DNA of 64,000 nt from assembly GCF_964204645.1 (NCBI RefSeq), contig NC_134034.1, positions 8,072,962 to 8,136,961 on the forward strand, in the 5' to 3' direction. The notes under the pieces were generated by a model. The model searched no databases. It saw nothing but the letters and a program-made list of their open reading frames with translations, and was not told the origin of the DNA. The stretch comes from Tubulanus polymorphus (taxonomy: Eukaryota; Animalia; Nemertea). Numbering within the stretch: the stretch's first letter is position 1; each line of letters starts with the position of its first letter. The translations under genes and the position numbers were made by a program. Shown piece by piece: positions 24,692 through 40,459 of the stretch.

Positions 24692-25091
24692 AAGACACAT
24701 TGTTAATGTTGTCGTTAAAAGTAAAACGGATATCAAAACACACTGGTCGTACTTCTATTAGGCCTATATTTTCTAGTTCTTAAAATCAATCGTTCAAAGC
24801 CACGTAAAAATATCCAGCTCGTGGCTGGTTAGATTTATTTGGAAATTATCAACTTTTTCGACATCATTCATTTCACTTGATCAAACTTGTAAAAGAAACA
24901 GCCCCGGAAGATGAACTGATTACAAATTTTATTATAGCTTACAAAAGGTCGATTATCATTTTTAATTAATCTAATTTTTTTTGATTCAACGTGCGTGTAT
25001 TATCATATTGCCTTGAACTCTGAGAAATCTAGTCATTGAATTTAGACGAATTGTTAGGATAAATTAGCACTTAGATCTAGATCAATAGGTA

Positions 25092-25638
25092 ATATAACAG
25101 TCTATTATTTGAAAATGGAATTATTAAAATTTGGAATCCCTTCATTTTCGGGGATCCAACTTCCCGGTCAACGACTGTATTTTATTTGTGCGTGTTCAAT
25201 AAAACGATTTACCAATTACTGCGATATAGTAAACCATTAATGCTCTTATTGGCACGGCATGTCTGTTTCAGAAATATACACACCAACTCATCTAAATAAA
25301 TAGTGAACCCGTGTCATAGATATATGAAGCTGGTCACCTGGCGGATGTTTTAGAAAACTAAATAGATAGTGAACCCGTGTCATAGATATATGAAGCTGGT
25401 CACCTGTCGGTTGTTTTAGAAAACAGAATAAATAGTGAACCCGTGTCATAGATATATGAAGCTGGTCACCTGTCGGTTGTTTTAGAAAACAGAATAAATA
25501 GTGAACCCGTGTCATAGATATATGAAGCTGGTCACCTGGCGGTTGTTTTAGAAAACAGAATAAATAGTGAACCCGTGTCATAGATATATGAAGCTGGTCA
25601 CCTGGCGGTTGTTTTAGAAGACGAAATAAACCCGTCTC
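25092..25638 (-). repeat. Isolated long TIR of the MULE family at 51812, with ~5 x 66-bp tandem units
   Basis: Near-exact reverse complement of 51812-52537 with fewer units. Ends ...AAACCCGTCTC (a GAGACGGG terminus). Confidence 0.9.
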
Positions 25639-27710
25639 TTACATTTCATCCAATATACGAAACCAACAAAAAACTGGGATTGACATGCTCCTTTTATTCG
25701 AGACAGCTCGCTGGAAAAGTCACGAACAGATCACGGTACCTTTTTTATTTTTAATTTGAAAAAAAAGATTAACTGCTGGGTCCTTAATATTTTTGCAAAG
25801 AACATTAAGTGTAGAGAGTAATCTTTAGATTATTGATTGACGATTAAACAATGATTCGCTGATCGCTTCTCCAGCAAGGCTGCTGCTAGACCACGCCACC
25901 ACATACTAAGTTTTCGGTAATCCACTTAATGTATCAATCTTGTTCTGCTGATCACAAGTAAAAGATGAATTTTTTAATATACACTTGCGGGTCTCATTTT
26001 TGGCATACTTTTTACAATGTTAAAGCTTAGTGGTCATTTTCATCAAAGGAGAAAAAATACTGCTGGGCAATTTTCGGGGTTTGTCAAATCATTAGAACTA
26101 ATTACATAGCTTCCTACATCGCCAGCAGGTGTAAACCTTGACAACACCCGTTGATACTCCGTCGGCTGATCATCAATTGAAAATGTTTATATTTCTGTAA
26201 ATCAGTTCTAAGCAACTTCTCAGTTAGCACGCAATTAATAATTCGTTCAGTATATATTAGATGTGTTTTCCGTTGCTATCATTCGTGGAAACTGTCCATA
26301 CCTGACATGATTGATGAACGTATAATTTTTTTCACATGTTACAATATATTAAGCGGTATAAAAGATCAGCTCTAACCTGATTCGTAGCCACTTCGGTACT
26401 AGCTTTACAGCAAAATCACTTATCTTACTTGAAAATATCTACTTTATCCACGACATGTCTTGGGCACTAGAATATGACGATGCACGCAAAAAAACATTCC
26501 TCTTCGTATCTGGAAACCGCGCGTTAAAGAAGAATGGGGATGAGTTTCCAGAAATTGAATTCATTGGCTGCGGTGATACGTCTGAACAGCTTTAGGTAAG
26601 TGTATTTAAATAATGTATTTGATATAATATTTTTCTTTCTAAATGTATTTGATACAATATGTTCTAATGTAATGTAAGATAACCTATGCATTCCATTCAG
26701 CCAGGTGTCACTGAGGTCGTTGTTTACTTAACTATTGACCTCCTGAACATCGGTTGGAGTAAGGATGTTTTCACAATTTCAAAAAAATGAATATTACCTG
26801 GTCACGGATATGGCTCAATAGACAAAATAACGCAATTAGTGGGAAGAGGGAAATAAGTGAAACTTATATATCGATGTAACCAAAGGCCAAGTGTAAAATT
26901 GTCAAATTGTCCCTTACACATTAGTATCAATGTAAATATCTAACGGATTCCCTACTCAGCATTTCAAGTTGACAACATACGCACCAGTTAATGGATCGTT
27001 AGATTTTGTTAGAATACTTTCGTCCCGTATTGTTTGGTCATTTTTCTCTTTTTTCTTTTTTTATGCGTGCATACATATATTTCACTCATCCTTTGATGGA
27101 TTTTGACAACATTCTAACCGCATGGATCTCTCGTTGAAAATATTCCTGAGAAATTTGTTTCACAAATTTGCAACCATGCCGCTTGACGACGATATATAAA
27201 AATAGTGATCATTTTCTACTATACTCTCCTAGGATAGGATACTTTTAAAAAGAATCATTTCAGGAACTGTAACCCTTTCCAAATAGAATTTATCCTCCTC
27301 AGTTTTTATTCAATAACTAAATCGCAGCGCGTCTATTGCCAAATGCGAGATGAAGCGTTTTCGTTCTAATGCGTGCATTTGAGTCTACGGGTTATGTTTC
27401 ACTAAAATTGTCCCTATGGAAAATGATATTAGTTTACTCGATTAGTACACTCTAGCGTTGTATTAAGCCCCCATCCGTTCACACGGGTGCCAAATGGGCC
27501 CGTCCGCTCTCTTATTAAGCACTAAAATAAAACGATTGAAATACTCCCTAGTAACTTAGAGAGTTTGGTATTATAAGTTACATGTGTATTTTCAATCTAA
27601 TGACCACGCAATAACGAACGCATAACATAAACGTCTCTCTTTCTTTCTCTGATAAAACTTGTCAGAAGTTTACTGATTTCAAAATTTAACGGTTAAAGAT
27701 AATAATATAT

Positions 27711-28162
27711 ATAACATGTTTGATACGGGCGATTCGCCGGGCGATCGAGTCGGCCGACGAAATCGTCGTCGCCGTGAGTGGCCACACGAGCTAATTTTTC
27801 GGGCGATTTATAAATTCGCCGCGATCGGGCGAAAAAATACGCTCGTGTGCCCCTACCTTATCAAACATGTTTGATATTTTCGGCCGATTATTTACGCCGG
27901 CATCGGATCGCCCGCAAATTCGTTCGTCTGCCCGCACTCAGCGAATTTCGCCGAGCGATCCATTTTTATCAACCAATAGGATGCATTGTTGATATCATGT
28001 GATTCGTTAACTCTCTCCCTCTTAGTGCCAGTCGCTGACCGAATTTCGGTTTGATCGCTATGTGTGCCCGCTCGTATCGGGCGTATTATTTCGTCGGCGA
28101 ATTCGCTGGCGAATTTAATCGTCGCGATCGGGCGAAAAAATACGCTCGTGTGTCCCTAGCTT
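27711..28162. mobile_element. GC-rich palindromic Harbinger-like MITE remnant
   Basis: GCGATCGGGCGAAAAAATACGCTCGTGTG is duplicated (27821 and 28124). Ends CGTGTGTCCCTAGCTTTA. Confidence 0.55.
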
Positions 28163-28820
28163 TAAACATTTTCGGGTATTCCGGATGGTTTTTATAGCCT
28201 TGATGAGGTCGCATACCACAAACCAATTGTGCTAAAATTTGTTCCTCTTAAATTCACGGCAATGAATCAAAAATATCAAAGTTCAAACATAAGAAACAGT
28301 GTGGTCTCCATGGGTTACAATAATTAAGAATAAGTTAATGAAAACAGGCAGAAACTATGGACTCTAGATGAAACTGAACTTGCAATGTGAGCAACTTAAT
28401 TGGCCATGACAGCTCCACCTCTGTGATTAGTCTAACTCAGATGGAAACATAAACATTCTCTGCTATAGTGCGATGATTATCTCTTGCTCATAGGTCCTTG
28501 GTGTGCTGTAGGCTTATAGAAAACCTAACTGATAATATCTTATGTTCGTTTAGAATTCTAGTTTGCAGGAAGTACATAATGTCCTATGATTCAATATATG
28601 CATCTTAATAAAGCTCTGCTAAAAGACCTGGAAGGAATAATATGCATACATTAGGAAAAACTCACTGCGTATTGAATGGGATTTTTTAAATACTTTTTTT
28701 AGAGTTTATGATACACCGGCAAAGAACCCGTCCTGGTTGGTTCCATAATTAACTTTTGAGTTGGTCGAAATAAGAAACGGGAGTAGTGGTCTATATTCAA
28801 GCATGCCCAGAGCGTGCTCA

Positions 28821-28883
28821 CAGCTGATGCTCACAGCAGGACTTATTTTGATACGTGCGCTCAGTGACGTCATGCAGAGCGTC
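28821..28883 (+). repeat. Left bipartite direct repeat
   Basis: Box A CAGCTGATGCTCACAGC (28821-28837). Box B GCGCTCAGTGACGTCATGCAGAGCGTC (28857-28883). Confidence 0.85.
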
Positions 28884-30008
28884 AAAGCTAAATGGTCCAG
28901 AATTAGAAATCTATTTGATAATGTATCGGCAAGAAATTAATACTAAAATATACACGCCAGTATATATCTTTCATTCCATGAAAATAACAAAACTTAATAC
29001 AAGGCGCACCCAGACCGCAGTAACCCGTTACAATGTTTCGCCGTTTTGTGCTTTTTACAGAGCGTTTCATAAAAAAAGGAAGTCGGCATAGGAGCGCAGC
29101 GTAGGAAGCTATTCGAGGGGTTGTTGTGTAGCTTACCACAGGAAAAAATTGGTGTGATTGGAGTGTGACAAACCATTCGAGAGAAACAGAGTTTGGAAAA
29201 TCAACCAATTTACACTTGCGCGAGGCTGAGCACGAGTCATTGAAAAAGTAATCAACAAGATATAGTCCTAATTAGATCGATGCGCACTTTGCATTATGAA
29301 CTTAGAGAACATAACAAAAAGTCATCAGAAAATAGTTCAGTTATGGGTTTTTTTTGGCTTCGGGATGAGTTCCTCAATCCACTTTAGTGTCCATAATAAC
29401 AAAATATCAACATTTTAGAAGAAGGCTGTACACTGTCCACCGATGCGATTTAAACTCGTCGCACTCGCTTTAGCGTATCAGAACTAACAAATTTTCGCAG
29501 TTGTAACTTAAATCGACGAGCTGAATAGTTTCGTAATTCTTGCAACTTGATTATTCACATTCTATTTCATAAACGCTTTCCCAATGAAAGGGATTGCACT
29601 GTTATTTATATCCTGAGGAATTAAAATCTGAGAGTGACCAGCGAAAATCCAAGCCAAGTTACTATCAATTTATATTGAATGAACATTGTAATACATTAAT
29701 CAATTATACAGTATTGGTTCCAACCGTTTGTGGTCAACACTTTGCAAGTCGAAACTCGACCGAGTTAAGACAAAATCTGTTTCTCCCAATTTGTTCATCA
29801 TGCATCAATTATTTTTTTGTGGATGGCTGGCTGCCCAGAAACCCCTCTGAAATCTTGATAAGATTTAGCTGCATTTATCGACTTCAACTGAGCTTGTGGG
29901 CCATTCTATGAGGATCTACTTTTTATGAAACACTCAGCAGTATTGAATTAGAATGCTTGCAACATTTATCAAACATTATAAACCACAAGTTTTTTCCTTT
30001 CTTTTTAG

Positions 30009-33110
<3,102 letters not shown>

Positions 33111-33461
33111 ATCCACTGAGATATCTTACTTTGATCTATATATACTCGCAGAATACCTGCGGAAACCACGGACGTTTTCAAACGTAGAACTTTTCTATTT
33201 AATCAATTCACTGCTCATTACTACATTGTCTAGTAGCCCGTAAATATTACTGTATAAAGCAGTATCTATTTCATTCAGGTTTCATACTTAAATTTGATAG
33301 AAAACTGAACTTGGGGGTATAGGGAGAAAAAGCAAGACATTTATATAGATTGTATTACCGGATTAGCGGTAACAGGTAAAAATCCCCCGGTAAATATCCC
33401 CCATCCAGGGATTTACGGGGGATTTGGGCCTACATTCCCGTTTAGGTAATCATCCTTACGC

Positions 33462-33936
33462 CGGTATACGGTTAAAATATCCCCGGAAAAAATGTCCCAG
33501 GGAAAAGATATCCCCGGAAAAATGTCCCAGTCTATCATCACTAAATTGGTAATGTAGTCAATTTCACATCATAATAACACCAGAGAACAAACTTCGTAAT
33601 ACATTCTTTGTTACAATTTTAACTTTTGATTACAACTAATGGCTCTACTTTAATTTTTTTGTACTATAAATTTGACGTATCATGTAATGAGTTCACATGT
33701 TCTCAATAGGCAAAATCAGTTAATGCCAAAATTCTAGGCCTACAATTCTCATGGTCACTCAATGAATTTTTTGTAATGCTTAACGTGCAATTTATCACAA
33801 TAATTACCAAGTTTGTTCTCTGGTTATTTTGATGTAAAATGTACTGAATCAGTAATGATAAACTGAGACATTTTTTTCTACCTTATGGGATTTTTTTCCG
33901 GGGACATATATTCCGGGACTTTTTTACCTACATTCC
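33462..33936. mobile_element. Degenerate foldback MITE (MuDR-like)
   Basis: ATCCCCGGAAAAAATGTCCC repeats on the left are mirrored by TTCCGGGGACAT/CCGGGACTTTTTTACC on the right. Internal arms CCAGAGAACAAACTT / AAGTTTGTTCTCTGG. Confidence 0.55.
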
Positions 33937-36900
33937 TCTACACCATGCATATCCCGATGATCGTTGTATGTGGAACATGCTATTGTTTATTAAGATTTAA
34001 GTAGTGTTTTACGGTAGGGTTTACATTTATGGGCACCACAATTATGCAGGATTAATACTTGCCCCTGGGCTAAATTGAATCTTATGGATTTATGATAAGA
34101 TGAGATAATCTTATTTTCCACAAAAAAATTTGCATTGACAAAATTAGTTTCAATGGTTTAGTGCACGATATCAACATAAGCATTGTAAGTGACAAGCTAA
34201 GTCGATTTAACAGCAGCAGCAATAGTAGCAGCACCCTTTTAGCGGCAGTTTCACGAATAGATGAGTAAAATGGGTTTTTTCAGAATCTTGCCAAAATTGT
34301 TTCAAGAGCGGTAAGCGGGAACGCGATGAAAACTTCATGTGTGTTTAAAGACTAAACAGTACTGTGTATATGAATACAGCTTGGGTTTCTGAGCGCTTAG
34401 TGATTCCTAGTCTGCGCATTCGCAATTAAAGAACACTGCACCTCCATCAATACACATATGAAAGAAAAAGATAGATATCAATACATTTACACACATCTCA
34501 CAAAAAGTCGACCATATATTCATTCCCGCCAGCGCGGCTCTGGGGTCATTGTTTATATGATCGTATTTCTGTATAACTTTCATGACTAAAAATTATTGTA
34601 TTCAAAAGCGTTAGGAAATCTGACCTGACTGTCTAGGATTTTTCAGTCTTAATTACAGTTTAAAAAAACAATTGTTATATATTATTATCAATATTTTAAC
34701 ACTATTAATGATTAACATTATCATCAATTGTATTGAAACTTCATGCAGAACAAAACAGTAACACTTTTTGAATTTGTCAGTGAAACAACAGCTTTTATAG
34801 AAACCTATTCAATATAGTGGTGGTCTCAAATCTTCTCCAACTTTTGTAGCATGTAACATTTAATTATCGGAAGGTCTATTTGAATTGAACGAACTGCCGG
34901 GGATGTTGAAGTGGGCGAATGTTAATGGGGAATTTTTACATTTTCATTGTTAATGGTAAAATTTCATACATGTATATATAAATGTATATTTTACACGTCG
35001 ATTGCTATAACTACTCATTTAAAATCTGTATTTTGCAATAAAATTTAAATTTTGAATTTGAAATAAGGTTGAGGATTTCTTTTCTTTTTTGTCTTGTTAG
35101 TTGGATGAAAGCACACCGAAACCAGCTGATTTTATTACTTGATTGAAAAATCACTCAAAATTCATTGGAAACAAACAATTCGCTAAAAAAAGTTCCAGCT
35201 CAGTCCACACATATTGAAAAATAAAATACGTGAATGGTTATTGCGCCTCATGATTGTTTGAACAGTTTCTATGTTTCGAAATACGTTGATATTTACAGAT
35301 TTGTGACTTTATGTGTACTGTCTGTCATTTAATCCTAAGACTTCTCAACTGACAAAATGCTGTTTAAACAGATGGCGGAAAAAGTAATACAATACCATTC
35401 CACGTAAACGGTACATTCGAAATTTAAGTTTAGTTCTTTCTAAAGGAACCAAGGTGATCAATAAGCAACAGTTTCACAGATATTTGGGTTAAACGATACA
35501 TTACATGCATGAATTTCACCGTGTCTTACGGCAGACGAATTAAAAAAAAATCACGAGATTCATTTGCAATAAAATAAGTATTCATTTACGATAGGGTGCG
35601 ATAGGAAGGAAAATGATCGGTCTCATCTCCGAATTTGTGTTTTAAATGCAACCTGTTCGTTGTTATCCAAATAGTTATTTCGTCGAATAGAATATGGCAC
35701 ATAAGTCATTAGTTGATCTGATATTTCGAAAAATCTGGCTTGATAAGAATTGTTTTTTCTGATAGTTGAAATACCGATGATTACGTATCAAGTTTGAATC
35801 TATCAACGCAAGCAACGCACTCCAGGCACACCTTGTCGTAAATAAGAACGTCTATGGTTGTTTATCGTTTCAACAGTTGGGCTGTTTTATTCCTGTATTC
35901 TAAGCAGCTCCCAAGTAACTAAAGAGAAGAATAAACTAATTATCTAGAAAGTACAAGTGCAAGGTACAAATAAATGTTTTGATTAAATAAATAATGCATC
36001 ACTAAGAATAGGCCGTTTTAACGTTGTATTTTTCTAAGGGAATTTGAAAATTGCCGAAGCAACTAAAAACGCTGACACACCGAAAACACCTACAAATAGA
36101 TTACTAAGAATTTGTTCGTTTCACGGCGGGAATCGTACATAAATCTCCTGACGGGACATTTTTACCGCGATAAATGAGTTATTTCTCAGCGCTTTCTAAA
36201 GCACCTTGGCAAATTCATAGTTCGCAGTTTCGAATGTTCTCTTCCTGTTAGGACTGATATTCTATATCCATGCATAAATATTAGTGGGACATGCGACGGC
36301 CCTGCTGGTGCAAAACAATGTATAAAGTCCAGTCGGGAGAATCTTCCCTTTCTTTAGGGTAATTTAGTCTTTCATAAATCAAGAAAGTACTTAAATTGGA
36401 CTAATCATCGCAAGCAGCAAAACAACATAGATACGTACGTGTTATCTTACCGTCAATCATTACATGAAATCGCCCTTCAATCTCGATAGCAAATTTACAT
36501 TTTGCATTTATTTGGCTGTATTGATTAAATAGGCTTTAGATTTTGATTGAATTTGGTGGTTCGGCGACGTTCGAACACCGTAGCGCGCAGTCGCCAGAGT
36601 GACAGAAACCAGTCGAAGCGTATCAGACACGGACTAGCATCACACATAGTCTTTTTCCTAGGAAAGTTTTCAAAAAGCGTAACGAATATGTAACGAATAT
36701 ATAAGTAACTTGATACCATATCTTTTTCCGAATAACAAGCCAAGTTTTGCTGGTTTATTAGAGTGAATTAGAAGCTTCAACAACCTGAAAAAAGACTTCT
36801 AGATAGCCATGCTCCTTATCTGCTTCATCTACGAAAACGGGTATAAGATGGAAACCTTTAGGGTCGTAGCCTATTATATCAGAACCGTCATACTCGCTCA

Positions 36901-38764
36901 AAAAGCCATTTACTTATGCGCGAATACTTAGCCCGCATGAAAAATTATTGTTCCAAGCTTTATTTCACGTTACTCATTGAATTGAAATACCAATATATTT
37001 AAGACTGGTACACGTTGTGCTCCATCTCTTCTATAGCCGATTCTTATAAATTTGTCAAAACCGAAAGGGGATTTGTCGAAACAGGCAGATCAAAGTTTGC
37101 AACCAATTTCATTTTTTTACAGTCTCCATTCCTATCCGAATTGAGGAACTTATTATAGGACTTAATTGAAAAATTTTAAAAGTTAATCTGTGCCAACAGA
37201 AAAATTGATCATTTTTAGCAAAAAGGGATTGAAATCTTTCACTTACTCATGTCAAGCCATATTGTATGTTTTATTGTAATTATTGTAATGTTTAGTTTTT
37301 GCTCTGCACACATTTTCTTTATTGAGCAATGATTTGAATTGAAATTGCGTATGCACTTTTTACTGAAAATGTGTCCAATACACTAAAATCGCCTTATCAG
37401 GCATATCATACGGTATTTTATCTAAAGGTGATTTAAGGCATGGTGCCTTTTTAGAACATAACTCTCTACCCGTAATGCGATTGCCTTTATAATTTCAAAA
37501 ATTACTACCCTCGACGAAACTAGGTCGCGGTCTGCTCCCTCGATAGTTGGACCCCGACTAAAATGGGAAATAAATAGACTGAGAATCTGTGATGAAACTT
37601 ACATCAACTTGAAGTGATCGTCCATAATTCTAATTTAGAATTAGGAGTTTAGAAAATCAATCATTGTATCGTAATGGCAGTAAAAATGTACTGCACAAAA
37701 ACCAAAAATTGTCTATGTCCCAAACCATGAGTCACAGATATGGCCATAAGCAGTCCCCATCAAGATCAAAATAAAATGGGTCGAATCGACAGAGTGAATT
37801 CAGTGTGGAATTATTCTGAGTTTAAAGTCAGACATTTTAAACTGTTTCAGGCTGAGGCGGACCCAGTGGGACTTGTGAGATTGATTGTACTAGTCGATCA
37901 ATTCATGAGTGCTCCTTTTCATTTTGTTAATAACAAAAATGGTGCATTTCACTGCAGGAGAGCACCTAAAATCGCGTTTTTGGAACAAAGTGCCCTTTTC
38001 AAGTGTTGAACATTAGAAGATGTTTAGATTAACTCAGCGGGTCCAGCTGCTGAATGAAGTATTGCTTTGTGGCTGAAATCAGATAAAAAACGATTTCAAA
38101 CGTCGAATATTGTTTCAAATTCGTTTGGATTTTATGCATAAACTTGCCAACAAGATTAGCCGAAAGTCGCATGGATGTTACATCTAATGACATATCTATT
38201 TCCCAAAAAAAATTTGGGTATTTTGTATTTTATTGAGCAAGAATCGACCGCGTTTAACTGGGGACTAATTCCAGAAAGTATTGAGCTCCGGGCTTACATG
38301 TAACTGTCGATTGGTCAAAATCATCTCGCGTGTTACATCGAAAACGCGTACGTGATAAGGTCAATACGGAACTTGCATCCTTGGTATTATATTGTGTTAG
38401 GTACCCAGGCCGTAGGAACGAATCGTAAGGGGACACACCTAAGATAATATGAAGATTGCCGATGAGTACCATTTTTACTCATTTTTGTTCCCTACTAGTA
38501 GAACGCTTTGAAAAATGAAATGGTCCCTGCATTTTAGCCAACACTGACCGAGGAAGAACTAATTAAGGAGTTCGAGTGTCAGGAATATCGAGTGCTAGCT
38601 GTATACATTTAATGCCAACGTAAACTTGATAAAAATTTCATTCGCAATTCATTTGGCAGTTTTGGTACAAAGGGATTCTGTAAGCGTAGGAGCACTTGAA
38701 AGATTAACCCTGTATCCAGGCTCGTGGAAGGGGCTGGGGGACTCACAATCCCTACTTATTATTG

Positions 38765-39870
38765 ATGATGATAATAATAATAATGATAATAATCTTTATT
38801 TTCATTGAAATTATAACGTAATATAAGACTCAGTTTTTTAGATACATAGTTAGATAGATATATAAATAAGTTATAGAAGTTATAATATCGATTAAGGTGC
38901 CAGAGAAGCAACATGCTTGTAATAAGGGATTATTAGTTTAAAGATTACTGATATAAATTGCGTATAGCCGTATACTCCATTTGACTCATTGTGCCCCGTA
39001 ATATAAAGGACTATTTTAGAAGATGAGAGTGATATATTCTATGAAACAGAATTCTATTATCGTTGCGGGAATCGAAGAGCATACGTGATAAAATACGTAC
39101 AACCATAATGTTCACTTTAACTAAAACTCGACTGGTTGTTTATACATGTTCGTTACGGTCACATCGCAGAGGCTACATTTTGAATTCAATCATTTCAAGA
39201 TGCCTCGCGAAAACATTTGGCAGGAGCTTGTATCCGCGTGAATTTAATATTCCATTATTCAATTTTGTTATGGCAACTTACATTTCATTTTATAAAAGAG
39301 TTCATTGTTATGAAAGAATTATTGTAATACAATTGGATAAAGAATATACTACAGTATGTAAGCTAAATATATATTAGTAATTTCATGAGGCACACTGTTT
39401 CTAACGATTTGCCTCTATCCATCAAAATGTTGACAGCACTGCCTAAGGTTTATCCAACCAACGGAGTCGGCGGAAAAATACATGCGCAGAGAGAACGAAC
39501 CAAAATTTCGCGGGAAATATTGAATACATGAACATTTTTAATAGCTGATTGAATTTTCGCTGGAGAATGGACGTCTTTGACATATCGGGTGAGTTTTGCT
39601 ACCATCTATATTTCAGGTTGCTTCGTATATTCTTTCATTCATCATCATTTTATTTCCTAAACAAATTATAAAACGATCATGTAGAAATATTATTTCTTAT
39701 GATTAAATTAGTCTGAGGTAATTTTAGTAAAATACCTTAATAATACAAAGCAAGTAAATGCTGAACGTTTCTTTTGAAACAGTTTAAAGAGGAGCCATTT
39801 TTTATGTTAAGTGGTATATTGTTCCAAATCGTTGGACCTTTGATTCGGTTTGATAATATTTTGACACTAC
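38765..39870 (-). mobile_element. Interrupted 3' fragment of an L2/CR1-type LINE
   Basis: Minus GPTIWNNIPLNIK..SLNCFKR near 39775-39840. AATAAA plus an (ATT)n tail at 38765-38800. Confidence 0.45.
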
Positions 39871-39922
39871 TCTCGATATAGAAGATATAGACATATGTAC
39901 TATATGAATATATGTAGAAAAA

Positions 39923-39924
<2 letters not shown>

Positions 39925-40008
<84 letters not shown>

Positions 40009-40013
40009 TATAT
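39925..40013. repeat. (TA)n microsatellite
   Basis: Nearly perfect TA run. Confidence 0.97.
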
Positions 40014-40459
40014 GCCTACTCTTCTATCAAAAGTTTCTGTTTTTGGGTAAATTGAATTATTATGGGATTTCTATAATAATCCCAATGCCACAGTAAAAAC
40101 CAGTGTTGGTCATAATATTCCGTCAGAGTTTGCTATTAATTTTGATTCGTGGATATTTGAAATTGTCCGTTTAAATTGCAGGAATATTTTCCCTTGATGT
40201 TGAAGATCATCAGTCATCGCCGCGACATCATAAGGAGCGACTTTTTCTGAGTGAAAGCCCCATACAAAACGTTCAGAGTTCAACGAAGGAAAATTGCGGT
40301 CAGTAAAATGATACGAAGATTATTGTAACAATATTTGATTCCAGCTGTTACGCCACCGGGTAGTAATCGTTACTTTTGTGATACGGTCTACACGTGTCTT
40401 ATCAACCCGCGTATTTTAGACGTTGATCTTGTACATACTTAAGTGAGCTATTGAGAAAA

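Noticed and set aside
29060-29250. First exon of the ParB-like gene
   Set aside because: There are stops in all three frames and no convincing ATG-donor pair.
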